A stretch of 61,460 nt of DNA, counting the filler. It is 10 parts of 10 records of this genome, joined end to end, with 100 filler letters (N's around TTAATTAATTAA, not from the genome) between each part and the next. Parts side by side here need not be neighbours in the genome. Positions count along the whole stretch, not along the records: positions 58,383 to 61,460 come from SRR7504441_7018; 9 more parts are not named here. The stretch is one strand, 5' to 3'. Shown in pieces: positions 58,573-61,460 of the stretch (positions within the stretch are counted from its first letter, which is position 1; every line of letters begins with the position of its first letter). The translations under genes and the position numbers were made by a program. The notes under the pieces are model-generated. The model was not told where the DNA came from. It saw only the letters and a list, made by a program, of their open reading frames with translations, and did not search any database.

Positions 58573-61460
58573 ATGAGCCACCGAGCCACAGCGACGGCCA
58601 AACCACCAGTGCCCAACTCGAGCTGCCACGGCGACGCCAGTGCCGCAGTGACCCAATTATGCACCGACGCCGCGGACCAGTCACTCGAGCAGCTGCAGTC
58701 GCAGAACGCGATGCTGCGAGCCCAGATTCAAGCGGTCGAGTCGGCATTCGGCGCGGCCAGGGCGATTAACCGGGAGCTTGAGCGCCAGCTAGCCCAAGCA
58801 CAGCTCCTGAGCCCGCAAGAGCAGATCCAGCATACGGCGCATCAGATGCTAGCGCTGGTGCTACCTCTGCTGCCGCCCTCAGCTCTTCACCTGGTGCACA
58901 GGCAATTGGTAGAAGGTCAGCTTGAGCTCGAGCGGCAGCACCAGGCCAAGTGCGCTGAACTGAAGCAGCAGCATACGCTGGAATGCGAGAATATACACCG
59001 GGACAACGCAATCCAGTGCGCACTCAAGCTGAAGTGCGAGGCAGAGTGTGAGGATTTGAAGCGACAGCACGCTGAGCAGTGCGAACATTACTCGCTGGTC
59101 GAGACACAAGTGCGTAACAGTCTTGCGGCGGAGTGTGAGGACGCGTGTGAAAGGATGCGTGAAGAGTGCAACCAGGAGTTTGCGGCTGAGTTGATGTCGC
59201 TTTCGGCGCAATTGGCTGAAGCAAATGCACGCGCTGATAGCGTGACACAGGCGCTTGGACGCAGCCAGGAACAGCTCGCAGCGGTCAAAGCTGATTCTGT
59301 TTGTTTCAAGCTTCAACTCAATCAAGCCCGGATAGAGCTGCAACTGCTATCTGATGGATCGACGAGGGATGAAGACCGAGTAACGATACAGCTAAAAGCG
59401 TGGAAACAGGCTCACAATGAGCTGAGCCAAGAGGTCGCATTGATCGAGCAGAAGCTGCACCAGAGTACAGTCCAGCTACAACTCAGTCAAGCGCAAGCAA
59501 AAGGTGCGGATGCAATGAAGTTCGCATTGCGAAGTTATGAGGTTCCCGAGTCTCCGAGTAGCCTTAGCGCTGTTTCGATTGAAATTAAGAATGCAGCACT
59601 TACAGCTGAGGTCGACGCATTGAAATCAGTGCTCGAGCATCAGTTCCGAAAGCTCAGAACAACAACAAACAATCAAGGCGAAGTGATCCACTTACGAGCA
59701 GAGCTTGCGGCTTTGGCATCATCAGAGTTGACACGCCACCAAGACCAAGTTGGTGACAGTACAGAGGTATCCAAGGTCGCTGCAGCTGAGGCAGCTCGAG
59801 CATCAATGGCAACTGATGTATCGAGGCTCGCTCTTGAGCTCAAGTCATATCAAATAAAAGGGTACACGCTGGCTGCTGAAGGAGCAAAACTTGCTATTCT
59901 TCTGAAAGGGGCCGATCAAACATTAAAGACTCTGATGCACATTGTTGAGCAGCAGATAGAGGCAGGGCAGGAAGCGAGCGTAGCGCAGGTGGCCTCTTCT
60001 GTGGAGCTTCACGAGCTCAGAGCTATGTTCCAGTGTGGCCAACAACCCTCTTCTACTGTAGGGGCGAGGGATTGCTATTCATATGAAGACCTGGAGCACG
60101 AAGTGGTCGCACTCACACTTGCGTTAGACCAGAAAAGCAGTGCCGAGAAGCTGTTGAAGCAAGAGTTAGAACAGGTGCTGAAAGATGCAGCGAAGTGGAG
60201 ATGGCTGCAACAGAACCAAGGTTTAATGGTGCCGCACGCTGAAGTCATGGCAGCACAAAATACATCTCAATTGCTTGAGCAGGGTCTCACGCAAGCACTT
60301 GTTGCAAATCAAGAGGCTTTTGAATCAGATTTATCCCAGCTGACAGTACTCCGCAATGCTATTACAGAGTCCCGTGCTGATGCAGCTTTTGCTCGAGCAG
60401 AGCTTAACTCTCTTACTCTTCAAATGTCAACCAGTGACCCAGACGGCAACACAGACAGAGCCCATAAATCCGAGATTGCGGCAAAGGTGACCCAGAAGGA
60501 TGAGCTGTCTCGGATCATGGACTCGCCAGAGAAGTTTCGCACCATCAGTGATGCCTTCACCCAGATGCTGGATGTGGATTCGTCTAAAGTGTCAATCGGA
60601 CTGTTGAAAGAGGAGTTTCCAAAGCTTGCAATGAAACTTGACCTGCCACAAGACACTGCAGGATTAGAGGGAGTTTCACGGTTCCTAAGCAGCCTCGAGG
60701 GAGAAGTATCCAAAGTATCATTTCCTCAGTACGAACAGCTCCTTCGCCGTTGCCTTGGTGTATTCTGCCCTGTGAAGTCAGCTGTCGACAAGAGTTGCGA
60801 TGAGCCAGGGGTGGGTCAAGTGAAGACACCAGATTCGAAGGCAAGCTTATGGAAAGAGATCTCGCACAGGCTTGAGATTTGGGATCTACAGCAGCAGCTG
60901 GTGGATGCAAAAGCTGCATGTGATGGACTACAACAAGCACTGGAGGTTGCCCATACCAATGCAGATTATGAAGCTCAGTTAGCCGAGGACTCTTTCCTAC
61001 AGCTTGGACAGACTAAGGACATGCTCAAGAAGAGCGAGCATATGCTCCAACTCGTTGCATTCGAGCTCGAAGAGTCACGGACTGACCTTGAACAGACCAA
61101 GGACATGATGCATCAGGGCGAGCAGAAATTTCAGCTAATTATGCTCGAGCTCGAAGAGTCACGGGCCGACCTGGCACGTAGCTTAGCACAGAGAACCGAT
61201 CATTTGTCCCAGATTAGGATCCTGCAGGCTAAGATGGACCAGGAGCAGGCAGAAAAAAAACAGCTCAAAGCAGATGTGCAGTGTTACGAGGCTGAACTCG
61301 GAAATACGTCCGATGAGCTAGCTGTTGTGCTGCATCGGCAGGTTCAGAGTTGCTATGAGAGCATAGTTGCATGGTGTGACGGTCAGATACCATGCTGGCA
61401 AGATCTCATCACACTACATGCATGCGACGCCTGTGGTGTCTTGAAGCGGTTCAATCTGGT
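58573..61460 (+). CDS. Long coiled-coil protein (>950 aa, runs off the window; absent from the ORF track)
   Basis: Frame from ATG 58573 appears open to the window end; heptad-rich; degenerate EF-hand-like region ~60480-60760; duplicated QTKDM...ELEESR.DL. Confidence 0.8.
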   Translation, partial: MSHRATATAKPPVPNSSCHGDASAAVTQLCTDAADQSLEQLQSQNAMLRAQIQAVESAFGAARAINRELERQLAQAQLLSPQEQIQHTAHQMLALVLPLLPPSALHLVHRQLVEGQLELERQHQAKCAELKQQHTLECENIHRDNAIQCALKLKCEAECEDLKRQHAEQCEHYSLVETQVRNSLAAECEDACERMREECNQEFAAELMSLSAQLAEANARADSVTQALGRSQEQLAAVKADSVCFKLQLNQARIELQLLSDGSTRDEDRVTIQLKAWKQAHNELSQEVALIEQKLHQSTVQLQLSQAQAKGADAMKFALRSYEVPESPSSLSAVSIEIKNAALTAEVDALKSVLEHQFRKLRTTTNNQGEVIHLRAELAALASSELTRHQDQVGDSTEVSKVAAAEAARASMATDVSRLALELKSYQIKGYTLAAEGAKLAILLKGADQTLKTLMHIVEQQIEAGQEASVAQVASSVELHELRAMFQCGQQPSSTVGARDCYSYEDLEHEVVALTLALDQKSSAEKLLKQELEQVLKDAAKWRWLQQNQGLMVPHAEVMAAQNTSQLLEQGLTQALVANQEAFESDLSQLTVLRNAITESRADAAFARAELNSLTLQMSTSDPDGNTDRAHKSEIAAKVTQKDELSRIMDSPEKFRTISDAFTQMLDVDSSKVSIGLLKEEFPKLAMKLDLPQDTAGLEGVSRFLSSLEGEVSKVSFPQYEQLLRRCLGVFCPVKSAVDKSCDEPGVGQVKTPDSKASLWKEISHRLEIWDLQQQLVDAKAACDGLQQALEVAHTNADYEAQLAEDSFLQLGQTKDMLKKSEHMLQLVAFELEESRTDLEQTKDMMHQGEQKFQLIMLELEESRADLARSLAQRTDHLSQIRILQAKMDQEQAEKKQLKADVQCYEAELGNTSDELAVVLHRQVQSCYESIVAWCDGQIPCWQDLITLHACDACGVLKRFNL

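Noticed and set aside
1-61460. A functional gene cluster or operon spanning the window
   Set aside because: Contigs are joined artificially and neighbouring genes within contigs have unrelated functions.

Overview
This is eukaryotic (protist-like) nuclear DNA, GC-rich and very gene-dense. It consists of 10 contig pieces joined by 9 artificial N/TTAATTAATTAA/N spacers, so there is no synteny across spacers. About 30 protein-coding genes are present, most split by short introns of roughly 35-47 nt. Recognisable genes include PGM3, an MCAT/FabD fusion, CCDC93, SLC35F6, a JmjC gene (HSPBAP1-like), PPP5, a METTL21-like methyltransferase, ABHD13, TOP2, NUBP1, GBA2/GH116, a divergent myosin, an SQOR-like gene, RIT1, a SMYD-type SET gene and MED31. 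Highlights: (1) hand splicing merges four ORF fragments at 20711-26889 into one ~1,940-aa protein with an unknown N-terminal domain, a NACHT/STAND-like NTPase, a long canonical PPR array and an RGG/Q-rich tail, i.e. an NLR-like architecture with an RNA-binding sensor, whose PPR code reads about UGUUUUAAAA; (2) an unusual splicing regime with many GC-AG introns and G-rich 3' ends; (3) head-to-head gene pairs 26-180 bp apart that mostly carry a CCGTT/AACGG motif; (4) a Calx-beta/voltage-sensor protein resembling protist channel-adenylyl cyclases; (5) apparent pseudo-enzymes (SQOR lacking one catalytic Cys, myosin lacking the switch II Glu). All family calls are by motif recognition from memory; no searches were run. 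No rRNA, tRNA, CRISPR array or clear mobile element was seen.
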